Shown here one piece after another: positions 13,656-27,519 of a stretch of 64,000 bases of DNA. Under the pieces are notes generated by a model that did no database searches, was not told the origin of the DNA, and saw only the letters and a program-made list of their open reading frames with translations. The DNA lies in contig OX597820.1 in assembly GCA_951406725.2 (NCBI GenBank), forward strand, positions 121,520,001 to 121,584,000. The letters are read 5' to 3'. Both the position numbers and the translations under genes were made by a program. Numbering within the stretch: the first letter of the stretch is position 1; the number at the start of each line of letters is the position of its first letter. Origin of the DNA: Octopus vulgaris. Its lineage: Eukaryota.

Positions 13656-13947
13656 GCCTTCTTAGATTTAATCATGATTATTGCGTAAGCCACACCCCAC
13701 ATTCCTATTCTTCTGTTGTTTTACTGTTGTATCGTATGACTGCATCAATCATTGTTATTTCTGCTCTCCTCAAATCTTCTTTTGCTGGATATCTTACAAA
13801 TCTTCCGCCATTCAGAGCTGTCTTACATACGTGATTCTATTTCCCTTAATTTTTATTGATTTCAATGTTTTCGTGAAAACATCAATATTTTAAGCTACCA
13901 ATAGGTTTTTATCTTTTTTCTGCGTTCTGCTACAGTTTCTGAACATT

Positions 13948-13996
<49 letters not shown>

Positions 13997-14022
13997 AATA
14001 TATATATATATATATATATATG

Positions 14023-14116
<94 letters not shown>

Positions 14117-14117
<1 letters not shown>

Positions 14118-14492
14118 TAGCAGTATCGCCCGGCGTTGTACGGGTTTGTAAGGGAAATAACTATATAAGCATTTTTAGATAGTTATAGCCAAAAAATAGC
14201 AAAAAATGCATAAAAAATGGAAAAAATTGATGGTAATTTTTTTTAAATCGTTGACTCATCGTAGATATTTTTAGAGAGTTACTTCCCTTATATAATAGTG
14301 AAACAAATGCATTAAAATGGAAAAAAAATGATGGTAATTTTTTTAAATCGTAGACTCATCGTAGACGCACGCTAATACCCAGAAGGCTCGATATGAATCA
14401 CGACTATAAGATACCCGCTTTTGGTTAAACTGCACCGCAAAATGTGGGAGTAGTTAGGAATCTAAATCGTAGGATATAGACACACAACTTGA

Positions 14493-14500
<8 letters not shown>
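14117..14500 (-). mobile_element. Non-autonomous Helitron-like element
   Basis: Minus-strand 3' end is a CCCG..CGGG hairpin followed by CTAG; 5' end merges into (TA)n; homologous to 61472-61866. Confidence 0.75.
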
Positions 14501-14535
<35 letters not shown>

Positions 14536-15399
14536 TCAAAATAAGCAACAAGGATATCCAAGGTAGAGTAGTACAATTGTTTCATTCTACTTAATTTTAT
14601 TAAACACTGTAAGTATTGCCCCAGTTTTTAAATGTCGAGCAATCTTCAGCCACATGTAGTATTTTCCAATTAAACGGACAATGCACATTCTTATCTCATA
14701 TGCGTATGTGTGTATGTGTGTGTGTGTGTGAATGTGTGTGTGTGTGTGTACATATAATAAACACATACATATATAGATACGCATACACAGTTTAAATTCC
14801 CTGCATTCGAAATGGAGAACATATCAGTAATTAAAACAAAAAGCCAAAAATTCCAGTTAAGATGGATTAAAATACAGAAAATGGCGAAGAAATTAAGATG
14901 TGTGTAGTAAACTGATGTAAGAGGAAATTATAGAATAACGACGGAGATCCATTAATTATATGAATGATGTGTAAATGTAGCGTATAATGAGTTTATAAAT
15001 AGAGTGCATGAGTAGAGTGGAGTTGCTTTCTGCTCTGTGTTGCAAAATTTAGAAGACTGAATTTTTAGACACTGCCGTGTATCCAGCCTGTGTATCAACA
15101 TCTTCTTACTCGTATTTCATAATCATCTACGCCTGCTTTTCCTTGATCCTTTAGCTAATTAGTTCCTTCTAATGACTCTGAAATTAAGTATTGATAATTA
15201 TGATATCGCGTATTTTATAGAGGCATCCGTTTCATATTTGTGATGCTCATATAAATTTTGCATTAGTGTTTGTGTGTGTGTGTGTGAGTATACACACACG
15301 CACACACACACACAAACGCACACACACACACACACACACATATAAAGTATTAATAAAATAGAGAAAACTGATACAGTATTTAATATAAAACGAAGGCCA

Positions 15400-15620
15400 T
15401 ATCGGAGAGTTGGCCGACACGTTAGTACGCCGGGTGAAATGCTCAGCGGTATTCCGTCTGTCTTTATGTTCTGAGTTCAAATTCCATCGAGGTCGACTTT
15501 GCCTTTCATCTTTTCGAGGTCGAAAAACTAAGTACCAGTTGCGTGCTGGGTCGATCTAATCGACTTCCCCCGCCACTACCACCACCACCAATTTCGGGCC
15601 TTGTTCCCAGAGTAGATAAG
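15400..15620 (+). mobile_element. Meta-core SINE, short-tail subfamily
   Basis: Same head and core as 12107 with a GGGCCTTGT..AGAGTAGA tail; imperfect ~18-bp TSD at 15382-15399 and 15621-15638. Confidence 0.85.
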
Positions 15621-15751
15621 AATATAAAAGGAAGACCAGTTTCGGCAAATTTCCGTTAGGATTACATAATTGTTGTTGACACATTATAAAATCTTATTCA
15701 CACGCCTCATCAATGTTCAGCAAGAAACTGAATTTTTATAAACATATAAAA

Positions 15752-15908
15752 GGTGCAGGAGTGTGGTAAGTAGCTTGCTAACCAACCATATGGTTCCGGG
15801 TTCAGTCCCACTGCGTGGCATCTTGGGCAAGTGTCTTCTGCTATAGCCCCGAGCAGACCAATGCCTTGTGAGTGGATTTGGTAGACGGAAACTGAAAGAA
15901 GACTGTCG

Positions 15909-15953
<45 letters not shown>

Positions 15954-16165
15954 GTTTGTGTGCCTGTGTTTGTCCCCCTAGCATTGCTTGACAACCGATG
16001 CTGGTGTGCTTACGTCCCCGTCACTTAGCGGTTCGGCAAAAAGCGACCGATAGAATAAGTACTGGGCTTACAAAGAATAAGTCTCGGGGTCCATTTGCTC
16101 GACTAAAGGCGGTGCTCCATCATGGCCGCAGTCAAATGACTGAAACAAGTAAAAGAGTAAAAGAG
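15752..16165 (+). mobile_element. tRNA-derived SINE with CORE-like TTGGGCAAGT box, internal (TA)n(TG)n and GTAAAAGA tail
   Basis: GGTTCAGTCCC B-box-like motif; homologous copies at 38617-38992(-), 24518-24725(+), 21855-22075(-), 56655-56785(-). Confidence 0.85.
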
Positions 16166-17245
16166 TATATATTCTTTTACATTTATATAAACAACCCGCC
16201 CGCACACACACGCAGACAGTTTTCCCATTGCTATCAATAGGAATTCAGCAACGGCTGTTCCAAGTGCATTTGGGTGAGTCAGCACAATGACCCAGAAGAG
16301 AAACACTTTACTTTATCTACCTGCAGAGATAAACTATTTGATCTCCGTAATAGATGCAATAAAGTGTTTCCCTGATGACCCAATGCAGTCAGGCTGGACA
16401 GGTGGCACGGCGAGCTGATTTAGGTGTACTTACACCCTTTGTCTACAACGAGAAATTTTCTCTACAACAAAACACCGTGAATGGCTTGCTTACGAGTTCG
16501 AATGCGCCACAAGGATATCTGAACTAGTAATTACATTGCGTTTATACACATCACAGATTAGCGCCCCCACCCCATAAATGGTGACTGTAGAGGTGGAACT
16601 GTTATAGGAAGATGACAACGTTCGGAGGAGCATCCTTAAATATCGGATTTGCTGTAAATAACATAAATACAAAGTAGTAAGCATAGATATGTATATAACA
16701 CATCAAATATAAAATGGGAAAGCTCGAGATATTTAGTTGCTCAAATATGGGAGTTTGCAATTTAATTCTTTTTTAAATTGTACATAAATTCGTGATGAAA
16801 ATACCTATATATTTTGAAGATACAATCACATAGCGTTTATCTTACATAATTACTCAAAACGTATGTACTAAATTCATGCAAACTATCAACATTTGTTCTG
16901 CGATTATTCTGATATTATGCGAATCATAACAACCATAGGAAGTGTTTGGTCGGTTAATACAGATGAAACGCAGCGACGATATAAGATTGGAATGTTAAAC
17001 AAGACACTGAATCGAAAATTCCTGGTAATTTATATTGTATGAAAGCATAATACCGAATACATCTAGACATATACATACACGTAAATGGCGGATTCGGCGA
17101 TACAAAGAGGAGTAATAAATTCAATGTGAACTAATGTCTTTCTCTCTCTCTTTCTCTGTATATATACACACTCTCACGCAAACATACACACACACACACA
17201 TACACACAAATAGATAGATATCGATATATATGTGCAAGTATATGC

Positions 17246-17283
<38 letters not shown>

Positions 17284-17287
<4 letters not shown>

Positions 17288-17445
17288 TCATCATAGTTTA
17301 GCGTCCGCTTTCCATGCTAACATGGGTTGGACGGTTCAACTGGGGTCTGGGAAGCCAGAAGGCCGCACCAGGCCCAGTCTGATCTGGCAGTGTTTCTACG
17401 GCTGGATGCCCTTCCTAACGCCAACCACTCCGTGAGTGGCATGCA
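17284..17445 (-). mobile_element. SINE 3' fragment with (GAT)n tail, RTE-type end
   Basis: Minus strand GGTTGGCGTTAGGAAGGGCATCCAGCCGTAGAAAC...GGAAAGCGGACGCTAAAC(TATGATGATG). Confidence 0.65.
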
Positions 17446-19399
17446 CGTATACACACCATGCACGTATACACAAATATGTGCGTACACACACATGCACGTA
17501 TACACAAATATGTGCGTGTATGTATGTATGTATATATTTAAAGACCTACAACACATAATTAGAAATATATTCATTGATGTTAATCCTATTTATGTTGATC
17601 TTTAATATCCTTTACTTCCAACAACTATTAATCTCTAACTATTCCATTATTCTGACAAACTACCGATATTCATAGAGTATTTTCATGTGTGGTGGTGGGG
17701 AGGGGAGAGAGGGAGAGAGAAAGAGAGAGATAAGGAAAGTGTGCACAACTCGTATTATCGGAAAGCGAAACGTTCGGTAGTCCTTGCGAAGTTTCACATC
17801 CAACAAATTATTTTGTGCTATTGTTTCTGCATTTGGGTCTTCATTTTGAGTTTGCAGAGCGTTGGACTAAATTCTTTACTGCATTATTTAGTTACCTTCC
17901 GTTTCTGAGTTCGAATTTCACCGGCGTTGCCAACAACTGATATTCTCTCATATCGGAAGACCAAATACCAATCAAGTATTAAGTTCGATATAATCTATAA
18001 TTAACTGTCTTCACCTTCTCACTCACTGGCCTCGTGCCTCCATTATTGATCGTGACGCGATAAATTAAGGCTAAATTAATTTATAGGGTATTTATGTTAT
18101 TCTAAAGAGCAAAAAGTAATAATAACACGGCTTGTCTCAGTTTGCTGTTCACCTTTATCTTCTTATTGCTTTCTGCTAATCCAAATAATAATTGCAAGCA
18201 AGACATTATCAATAACATATATTAGAGGATTAGTGTTGTTCGTATGATTAATTAAACAACAGACAAGAACCGTAAATAAGAGAACGAACAATCCTGTGTT
18301 GTAACTTGCCAACTTGCTGTGACGTTGTGGCATCTCGAAACAATTAGACATTCTATGACAACACTAATTCTTTCTAAGACTACAGTAATTCTTTCTTGAA
18401 GAATTTAACCGTCCTCTGAGAATTCTTCATTCGGATCTGCTATATTTTATTATTTCTTTATTCTTGTTGTTATTTCTTTCTCTTTTGTTTGTTGTAATAT
18501 TATTATTATTATTTTTTTATCTTGTCTCGTATATAGACAAGATTCCTTGAAAATGTATAAGCTCTGTGTAACATTAAACGCCTCTTTCATATTCATCATG
18601 TCCAACACAAAAATCTGACGGTTCGCTAGCGGTCGTCGAAAGAACAAAAGAAAATATGAAGACAAAGAAATAAAGTAAAAACAAGAATAAAAATAAGATA
18701 GTTTTATTTAATTACATTTTCTTGCCGAGGCTGTCAGTGTTATTTTTTTCCTCAATATATATGTCTTTTATTCATTGTTTTTCCTTTCTTTTTACCTGAC
18801 CGATCACTATTTTATCCCGACAGTCGCACCACCACCACCACCACCACCACCACCACCACCACCACTATCCACCACCACCACCACCACCATAACCATCTTC
18901 ACTATCATCAAAACTGCTGCCTCCATTTCTTGCTGTGGTTGCAATTACTGCAGTCATATTAAAACTAAACAAAAACAAACAATACCGCTACCATCCATCT
19001 TCCGTGGGGACCTGTCCACCCGCACTCCTACACCCCACCGCCCCTAAAATCCTTGATAACACTAGGTTTCCGTCATAACTGGCAAACACCACCACCACCA
19101 CCACGACCACCAGCGCCACGACCACCATCACCACAACCGCCATCTTAATAAATAACCATCTGTGAACACAATGATAGTAAGTTATACAAGGCTACCAGCA
19201 CTACTACAACCACTAATACCATCAACAACAACGCTACCACAGCCAATACTACAATAACCACCATTACCAACAACAAAAATGACAACAACATGAAGAGTCG
19301 CCACCGACATCATCGTCTTTGACATTACGGTTACATTTACGACACCACCATCGCCGTCGGCTTCTCTGCAATCACCACTGTTATGACCCCGAACGTTAA

Positions 19400-19480
19400 C
19401 ATCTTCATCATCATCATCATCTTCATCATTATCGTCATCGTCATCATCCTCATCGTCATCATCATCATCATCATCGTCAC

Positions 19481-19511
<31 letters not shown>

Positions 19512-19668
19512 GTCGTCATCGTCATCATCATCATCGTCATCATCATCATCATCATCATCATCATCACCATCGTCATCGTCGTCATCGTCATCATCGTCAT
19601 CATCATCATCATCATTATCATCATCATCATCATCATCATCATCGTCATCGTCATCATCATCATCATCC

Positions 19669-19703
<35 letters not shown>

Positions 19704-19740
19704 GTCGTCATCATCATCACCACCACCACCACCACCACAA
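19400..19740. repeat. (CAT/CGT)n microsatellite
   Basis: Direct reading. Confidence 0.96.
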
Positions 19741-20229
19741 ATAACAAACAACTCCAGGATTACCGACACAACCATCTCCTTCGCCACCAGCACCCTTGTT
19801 ACCATTACTGGCAACTGTATCACCCTCACCCACCACCACTACCACCGCCACCACCACCGCCACCACCACCATCGCCGCTACCATTAAAATTGGAACTCCG
19901 AACAATGGCACCGCCATTGCAAAGATTATTACCAATATGAGGCCAACAGTACCACCACCATTAGATTCATCATCACCATGACTACCACTACGACCACTAG
20001 CTTCCCATTCCAATTCTTCCTCCTCCTCCTCCTCCTCCTCATCATCATCATCATCATCATCATCATCTTCATCAGTATTCCTTCCTCCATCAATGTCGTT
20101 ACTGTCAGAATCTCATCCACCACCCGCACCACTGCCCACCCGTTTCCACGCGATTACTGCGATAAAACCATCCCCACTCATCCCACCCCACCCCTTATAA
20201 TAAACTCATGCATTAATATCGATTCCAGA

Positions 20230-20425
20230 TTTTGGCACAAGGCCAGCAATGTCGAGCAAGAATGTCGACCACATCGACTCCACTGGGGTTTGTTTTATCG
20301 ATGTCGAAATGATGATGATGGCAAAGTCGACTTTGGAGGAATTCGAACTCAGAGCGAAAAGACGGGCGAAATGCCGATAAGCATTTTGTCCGACATGCTA
20401 ACGATGCTGCCAGCTCGCCACCCCC
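20230..20425 (-). mobile_element. Diverged Meta-core SINE (short-tail)
   Basis: Reverse complement of head/core (GGCGAGCTGGCAG..GAGTTCGAATTCC..GTCGACTTTGCC). Confidence 0.75.
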
Positions 20426-20484
20426 GAACCCTCATTAATACGGTAACGACTTTAGTACACACAGCTCTATTTCAGCTAATTCTG

Positions 20485-20532
<48 letters not shown>

Positions 20533-20537
20533 TTAAT

Positions 20538-21070
20538 GGCTCTCATGGCTTCTGATCTTAACTGATTGGAAATGTTATCATGTATATTGTTTTGTCTTGA
20601 TATAAAAAATGGGCTACAGCAAATATTCTGCTCAATACCACAGATTTGCTTGTCAGTTGTTTGACCTTAACCAGTTGAGCATGTCCCTTAGTGGCTGACG
20701 ATATGTGCATCTCTGATTACGAGCAGAAGTAGCGGGGGAGCATCATAGCCATGTGTTGAGAGAGATTCTTTGGGGTTTGAATGATTCACCTCTGGAAACA
20801 TGGGTGTTTCATTCAACATCCTTAAACAACCCTTAATCAGGGACCATTTGAGTGGGATGGGTTACCCAAACAGAAGAAAATTCTATCTGGGCCCCACCCT
20901 TCAAGGTCATGCGCTATTTATCTTGTTATGAGATCGCCATGTCGCGCACATATGGTTGTGATGCATGTGCCTGGTGTACCCTTATCAGACGGGTAGTCAT
21001 GATGGGTATACTGGTCTTCGTATATTTTACCCCAGTGTCACTTTGATGACATGCACTGCTCTCTCACTCA
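20538..21070 (+). mobile_element. Probable retroelement 3' segment or non-autonomous element embedded in (TAA)n
   Basis: About 530 bp of complex non-coding sequence flanked on both sides by (AAT)n, directly upstream of a Dong 3' end. Confidence 0.5.
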
Positions 21071-21090
21071 ATAATAATAATAATAATAAT

Positions 21091-21294
21091 AGACAAATAC
21101 ATAACAAAAACACCAGGACTTACAAACACATATAACATACAGAAAATTGCACTACTAGGCACTGCACACATCCTACGCAGAACATTTTCCATACAATAAC
21201 CATCAGAGCATCACAACAAATCACAGCACATACCCAAGGCACACAGAGCTGCGCTCGGTAGTGAAGTGAAAGCACGCAATAAAAAATAAAACTA

Positions 21295-21297
<3 letters not shown>
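21091..21297 (+). mobile_element. 5'-truncated R4/Dong LINE 3' end inside (TAA)n
   Basis: Encodes DKYITKTPGLTNTYNIQKIALLGTAHILRRTFSIQ*, then a UTR ending ACTACTG(AAT)n; near-identical to 41205-41354. Confidence 0.85.
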
Positions 21298-21370
<73 letters not shown>

Positions 21371-21388
21371 GTAATAATGATATTAAAA

Positions 21389-21699
21389 CAGATATCGAAA
21401 GTCTTATCTGGAATCCAGTAATCTGGAATTACCAGAAATCCGGGTACTTTAAAAAAATGAGTAGCTTAGAATTTCGCGGGCTTTTTTTATTCGCCAGGTG
21501 GCCGCCTTGCTTTGGTTTCTTGTGGCGCATGCGTCACACGACGCCAGTTCCTGTGTGACTGCTTTAGAAATGTATTAATTTGTATATGTTATACAATTTT
21601 GTTCTTTATTTTTCCTTGCTTATTTTATAATTCCGGAAAATCCAGAAATCCGGACCTCCTTCTGTCATCAAAGTTGCCGGATAAGAGGTTCGGTAGCTG
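21389..21699. mobile_element. pogo/Tigger-like MITE
   Basis: Imperfect TIRs CAGATATCGAAAGTCTTATCTGG ... CCGGATAAGAGGTTCGGTAGCTG(TA); internal ATCCAG/ATCCGG subrepeats. Confidence 0.6.
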
Positions 21700-22151
21700 T
21701 ACGACTATAAGTAACACCATCACCATCACCACCAACAACAACAACACTAACGCCACCAACAACAACAACAACCTTACCATTGATACCACTAACAAACAAC
21801 AGAATGTGTCGCTCTGGAAACCCTGAGGATTGTCAAAACTTTTCACTGTCATCTTTTGCTTCTTTCAATCATTAGACTGCGGCCATGCTGCAGCATCACA
21901 TTGAAGAGTTTTAGTCGAGCGAATCGCCTCCAGTCCTTTTCTTTTTTCTAAAGGTGAACCGATAGAATAAATATCACATACTTATTACGTCGGTTAACTT
22001 TTACCGAACGGCTAAGTTACGGGAACATAAACTAACCAACACTGGTTGTCAAGTGGTGGCGGTGGACAAACACACATACGCACACACACACACAATCACA
22101 CACTGGAAGGCACACACACACATACACTTATATATATATATATATATATAT

Positions 22152-22187
<36 letters not shown>

Positions 22188-22229
22188 TATATATACCTGA
22201 TCCTAGATGTACCATTTCCATAGAGCAAC

Positions 22230-22880
22230 AGTATGACTATCATCACTATCATAATCATCATCATTATCAACGTCATCTTCATCATCATCATCATCATCAT
22301 CACCACCACCACCACCATCATCATCATCACCACCACCACCACCACTACCACCATCATCATCATCACCACCACCATCATCATCACCATCATCACCATCATC
22401 ACCATCCTGATCATCATCATCATCACCATCATCATCACCATCATCATCATCATCACCATCATCACTATCATCACCATCATCACCATCATCATCATCATCA
22501 CCATCATCACCATCATCATCATCGTCGTCGTCGACGTTGTCATCAACATCATTATTATTGTGACTATCACAAATATCAACAACTCTGCTACCATTTGCAT
22601 CAGTGCATCACCACCCCACACAACCACCACTTCACCACCACTACTCCCACCGTAACAACCATGATCACCACCATGATCACCACAACCAACACAACCGTTA
22701 CAACTATATTTGCCACCATCACCACCACCACCACCACCACCACCAACATCACGACTAATCACCATCGCCAGCATCACTAGCACTACCACCACAACTACAA
22801 CTGCCGCCACCACCACCGCAACCGCAACCACAACCACAACAGGCGCCGCCACCATCGCCGCCACCATCGCCGCCACCACC
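22230..22880. repeat. (CAT/CAC)n low-complexity tract
   Basis: Direct reading. Confidence 0.93.
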
Positions 22881-23219
22881 ACTGTTAGCAATGTGTGAGT
22901 TCTGGAGTCCATTCATGTTTGCAGCCAACTACAATGACTCATTGATCTGCAATGAGATGGGGAGAGTGGGAGGAGGAGAGTGAGAGGAGAGGAAGGAGTG
23001 AAGTGAAAGGGAAAAGGAGAGGAGGGAGGAGGAGGATAAGGAAGCGAAAGAGAGTAATAAAAGGAGAATATAGGAGGTGGGAGGAGGAAGGGGAGCAAAG
23101 TGTGAGTGGTGGGGTAAGAGGGGGGAAGTGGTAGGAGAATCGGAAAAAGTGAATGGAGAGAAAAGTGTGCGGAACGGGGAGGCGGCGAGACGAACCGATT
23201 ATGTGTGTAGGGAATATGC

Positions 23220-23444
23220 AGTGTGTGTGTGTGAGTGTGAGTGTGTGTGCGAGTGTGCGTTAGTATGTGTGTGAGTGTGTGTGTGCGTCAGTGTGTGTAT
23301 GTGAGTGTGCGTTAGTGTGTGTGTGTGAGTGTGCGAGTGTTTGGCTGAGTGTGTGAGTGTGCGTGTGTGTGTGAGAGACAGAGAGTGTGTCTGTGTGTGA
23401 CTTTGTGTGTGTGAGTGTGTGTGTGTGTGAGTGTGATTCTGTGT

Positions 23445-23486
<42 letters not shown>

Positions 23487-23720
23487 CAGTGTGTGTGTGG
23501 GTGTGAGTGTGCATTAGTGTGTGTGTGTCAGTGTGCGCGTTTGTGCGAGTGTTTGGCTGAGTGTGTGAGTGTGCGTGTGTGTGTGACAGACAGAGAGTGT
23601 GTCTGCGTGAGTGAGTGTGTGTGTGTGACGCTGTGTTAATGTGCCTCTGTGTGAGTGAGTGTGATTCTGTGTGTATGTGAGTGTGCGTGTGTGTGGGAGT
23701 ATGTGTGTGCGTGTCAGTAT
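23220..23720. repeat. Degenerate (GT)n/(GAGT)n tract with an internal ~210-bp duplication
   Basis: GTGCGAGTGTTTGGCTGAGTGTGTGAG recurs at ~23331 and ~23543. Confidence 0.85.
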
Positions 23721-24479
23721 ATGTTTATGTATGTATATATCTTTTGAGCATTTCATCCTTTTAATAGTTGCAGTAAATGGACAATTGGCCATGCTGGAGC
23801 AGCACCTTGAAAACAATCTGGTTAGGAAGCAAGCGACTAACCACACACACTTACCATACACCTACACACACGTAGCCTGAGAGAGAGAGAGAGAGTGAGA
23901 GAGTGAGAGAGGAGCAGGTAGAAAGAGAGAGGTGAGAAACAAGATAGGGAGAAACAGAGATCGGGGAGGAGAGAAAAAGAAAGAGATAAATGCGGAAGAC
24001 TTCAGAAGATATCACCATCTGTCTGTTTCTCCATCTCTCTCTCCTTTCTTTCTCTCTCCCTCCCTCCCTTTCTCTCTCTCTATTTACATATATCTACGCA
24101 AATATGAAATAGAGAAAAGAGTTATCTAAATGCAGAGAAGAAAAGATGTACGCGCGTACGTATGCATGTGTATGCATGCATTATATATATATATATATAT
24201 ATATATATCGTTATAATATATATATATATGCATGCTATATATACATATATGTATACATATATCGTTGTAAATGGGTGGAATGTGTATGTGTGTGTGTATG
24301 TACATGAACAAAGATTTCGCTTTAATAAAGAAAACAATATTTGGCAAAGAGTGTCGCGAATTCGAAGATTTCTGTAAAAGTGAAAAGAAATCAGAAGTAG
24401 CGCCATAATGTAGTGACATAAGTACATCCATCCATACATACATACATACAAATGTATGTATGTATATATATCGTGGCAT

Positions 24480-24520
<41 letters not shown>

Positions 24521-24725
24521 TGGGCAATATATATAGTGGATTTGGTAGACGGAAACTGAAGAAGCCTGTCGTATATATGTATATATATATATATATTTAT
24601 GTTTGTGTGTTTGTCCCCCTAGCATTGCTTGACAACCGATACGTCCCCGTTACTTAGCGGTTCGGCAAAAGAGACCGATAGAATAAGTACTGGGCTTACA
24701 AAAAAGAATAAACAAGTAAAAGAGA

Positions 24726-24781
<56 letters not shown>

Positions 24782-25329
24782 GCAAATGTGTGTGTGTACA
24801 GCAGTTACGATGAACCACTGGGGTGAATAAAAATAATCAAGTTACACCGTAATGTGTGTGTGTACTTGTGCGTATTTGTGTGTGTCGGTATGTGTCTTCG
24901 TGCGGGTGTGAGTCGCTGTGTGCATGTGCGTTTGCAGGAATGTGTGTGTGTGTTCCGTTAAAGTGCCTAATTCTTTAGAAATACAAACGAACATATAAAA
25001 TGGAACAAAAGTAGTTCCAATATACAAACAGAATTTACAGAATTAGGAGAGATCAATATGTCAACATGTGGAGGAGGGGGAAAGAAAAGAAAAGTAAGAA
25101 AGGAAAAATAAAAGGAAAAACAAAAAATAGAAAAATAGAAACCGACGCAAATACTGGCATATGTGATTATGGTTTGTGCACAGTTAGTCAGTTGGAGGGG
25201 AAAAATCTCCGGCTGCTTAGCAGATGCTTCCCAAAATGTTTGCACTCCTCAAGTATATTTGACTCAATTTTCAATGCCGATGCTATGTAGTATTTGGAAA
25301 GTAAAAATGTTTTCTCTTCTTAGTTCATT

Positions 25330-25950
25330 TGATGTAATTATAGTTCCGTACGACAACATGAGACATGATCCTATTGGTCCTTTTATTTGGTCTTTACAGG
25401 GGTGATTTTGGGCCTTTGCTACATCAAAAGCATAAATAAATAAACATAGGAAAATTGAACAAAGAAAATATCCATAGATTTAGTTCTTTCGCCCTAAAAA
25501 TAACTATAAACAGTAAAGTACCTACTTTAAACTTCCTTGATGTTACTCTAGACTTAAGCACTAACACAAACCGCTTTTAAAATCCTATGAGAATATCATA
25601 AGCATTCTTGTAGGATCATATCGTCCCCTCCAAGTTTTGTCATAAAATCAAAAGAAGAATTTCCAATCAGTCTTTGTATAACATTCAATCATTGAGAATG
25701 CTGCCCATAACCGTATTAGTTGATGTTAATTTCCTTAGTAAGTTTATCTACAAACCTCACCGGCCCCGTAAACTGTGATGGTTCATGCGCAGAAATTTCT
25801 CTAATTTTAAATGTAATAATTGCAAAACCATTCCTAACTTTAAAAGACGAACACTCTTTAAATGGTTATAAATAAGAATTCTTTTTAAAAGGCATAGACT
25901 GATATTAAGCTTCAGTTGTAACATTGACATAAAAGAATTGAAACGTAGTC
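25330..25950 (+). mobile_element. Highly decayed Penelope-like RT fragment
   Basis: Frame reads KITINSKVPTLNFLDVTLDLSTN (PLE RT thumb NFLDVTLDL motif), with further degenerate PLE-like remnants downstream. Confidence 0.55.
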
Positions 25951-26075
25951 CACCTCAATGGAAACGAGACTTGATACTCATACAGACTTAACATTCTTGC
26001 AACACAACCATAATCTGTGAATAAAAGTTTAATTAGATAAAACCGCAGTGTCATCCGTTGAATAATATGTCGACA

Positions 26076-26490
26076 AGGCGGCGAGCTGGCAGAAACGTTA
26101 GCACGCCGGGCGAAATGCGTAGCCGTATTTCGTCTGCCGCTACGTTGTGAGTTCAAATTCCGCCGAGGTCGACTTTGCCTTTCATCCTTTCGGGGTCGAT
26201 AAATTAAGTACCAGTTACGCACTGGGGTCGATGTAATCGACTTAATTCGTTTGTCTGTCCTTGTTTGCCCCCTCTGTGTTTAGCCCCTTGTGGGCAGTAA
26301 AAAATAGGTATTTCGTCTGCCGCTACGTTCTGAGTTCAAATTCCGCCGACGTCGACTATGCCTTTCATCTTTTCGGGGTCGATAAATTAAGTACCAGTTA
26401 CGCACTGAGGTCGATGTAATCGACTTAATTCGTTTGTCTGTCCTTGTTTGTCCCCTCTGTGTTTAGCCCCTTGTGGGTAATAAAGAAACA
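26076..26490 (+). mobile_element. Meta-core SINE dimer (head plus two 183-bp units)
   Basis: Junction AAAATA|GGTATTTCG at 26307; TSD AATATGTCGACA at 26064-26075 and 26491-26502. Confidence 0.92.
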
Positions 26491-26759
26491 AATATGTCGA
26501 CATGCCTATAACATGAAAATATTAGAATCACTAAATTCTACAAGGATGTGCTTTATGCAGCCCAAAAAAGGGGATCTTCTAAACCTGTATAACTATGAAC
26601 TGTATTTGGCATCTGGATTGAATATTTTTGGAAAGAGATGATTCTTTTAAAAACCAGTTCGTCTAATTGGACCATAAAACCTGCAACAAACTAACTGTAC
26701 TCGAACTTATTCAAATACAGCGATGTTACAACCTGCTTTTATCATATTTTTCCAATCAG

Positions 26760-27140
26760 CGTTGTGGTTGTGGTGGTGGTAGTGCTAGTGATGTTGGCGA
26801 TGGTATTAGTCGTGATGGTGGTGGTGGTGGTGGTGGTGGTGGTGGTGGTGGTGGCGGTGGTGGTGGTTGTTGTGGTTGTGGCTTTCGTGGTGGCGGCGGT
26901 AGTTGTGGTTGTGGTGGTGGTGGTGGTTGAGGTTGTGGTGGTAGTGCTAGTGATGTTGGCGATGGTATTAGTCGTGATGGTAGTGGTGGTGGTGGTGGTG
27001 GTGGTTGTTGTGGTTGTGGCTTTCGTGGTGGTGGCGGTGGTTGTGGTGGTGGCGGTGGTTGTGGTTGTGGTGGTGGTAGTGCTAGTGATGTTGACGATGG
27101 TATTAGTCGTGATGGTGGTGGTGGTGGTGGTGGTTGTGGT
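26760..27140. repeat. (GGT)n-rich tract with three higher-order copies
   Basis: GTAGTGCTAGTGATGTTG(G/A)CGATGGTATTAGTCGTGATGG at ~26779, 26941 and 27076. Confidence 0.85.
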
Positions 27141-27519
27141 TATTTTTCATTTCATTTCTTCTTCAATCATTTGTTCTTCTTTTTCTTCATTCTTTCTCCT
27201 TTTCTTACTATGAATCTTTTGATCTCTCTCAGATCCATACCATTTCCATCCCTCCCGCCCACCTATATTCTTGCTGATTTCTTTTTTCTCTTTTTTAATA
27301 TTCTATTCTGTGTGTTTCAAGGAAATAAGAAATTTAACAGAAGCTATTTATTTAACAGGTTTTGTCAAAATATGCTTCAATAAACATCGCAGCCTGAAGA
27401 TTTGCAATTATACAATTATGGCAACATATTTTCAGTAATCACGATAGGATATTTTTAGCTTGTACTTCTTTATATACGTTACTCTACACATAGCGTAAAG
27501 AAGATATTGATTTAAAGTT

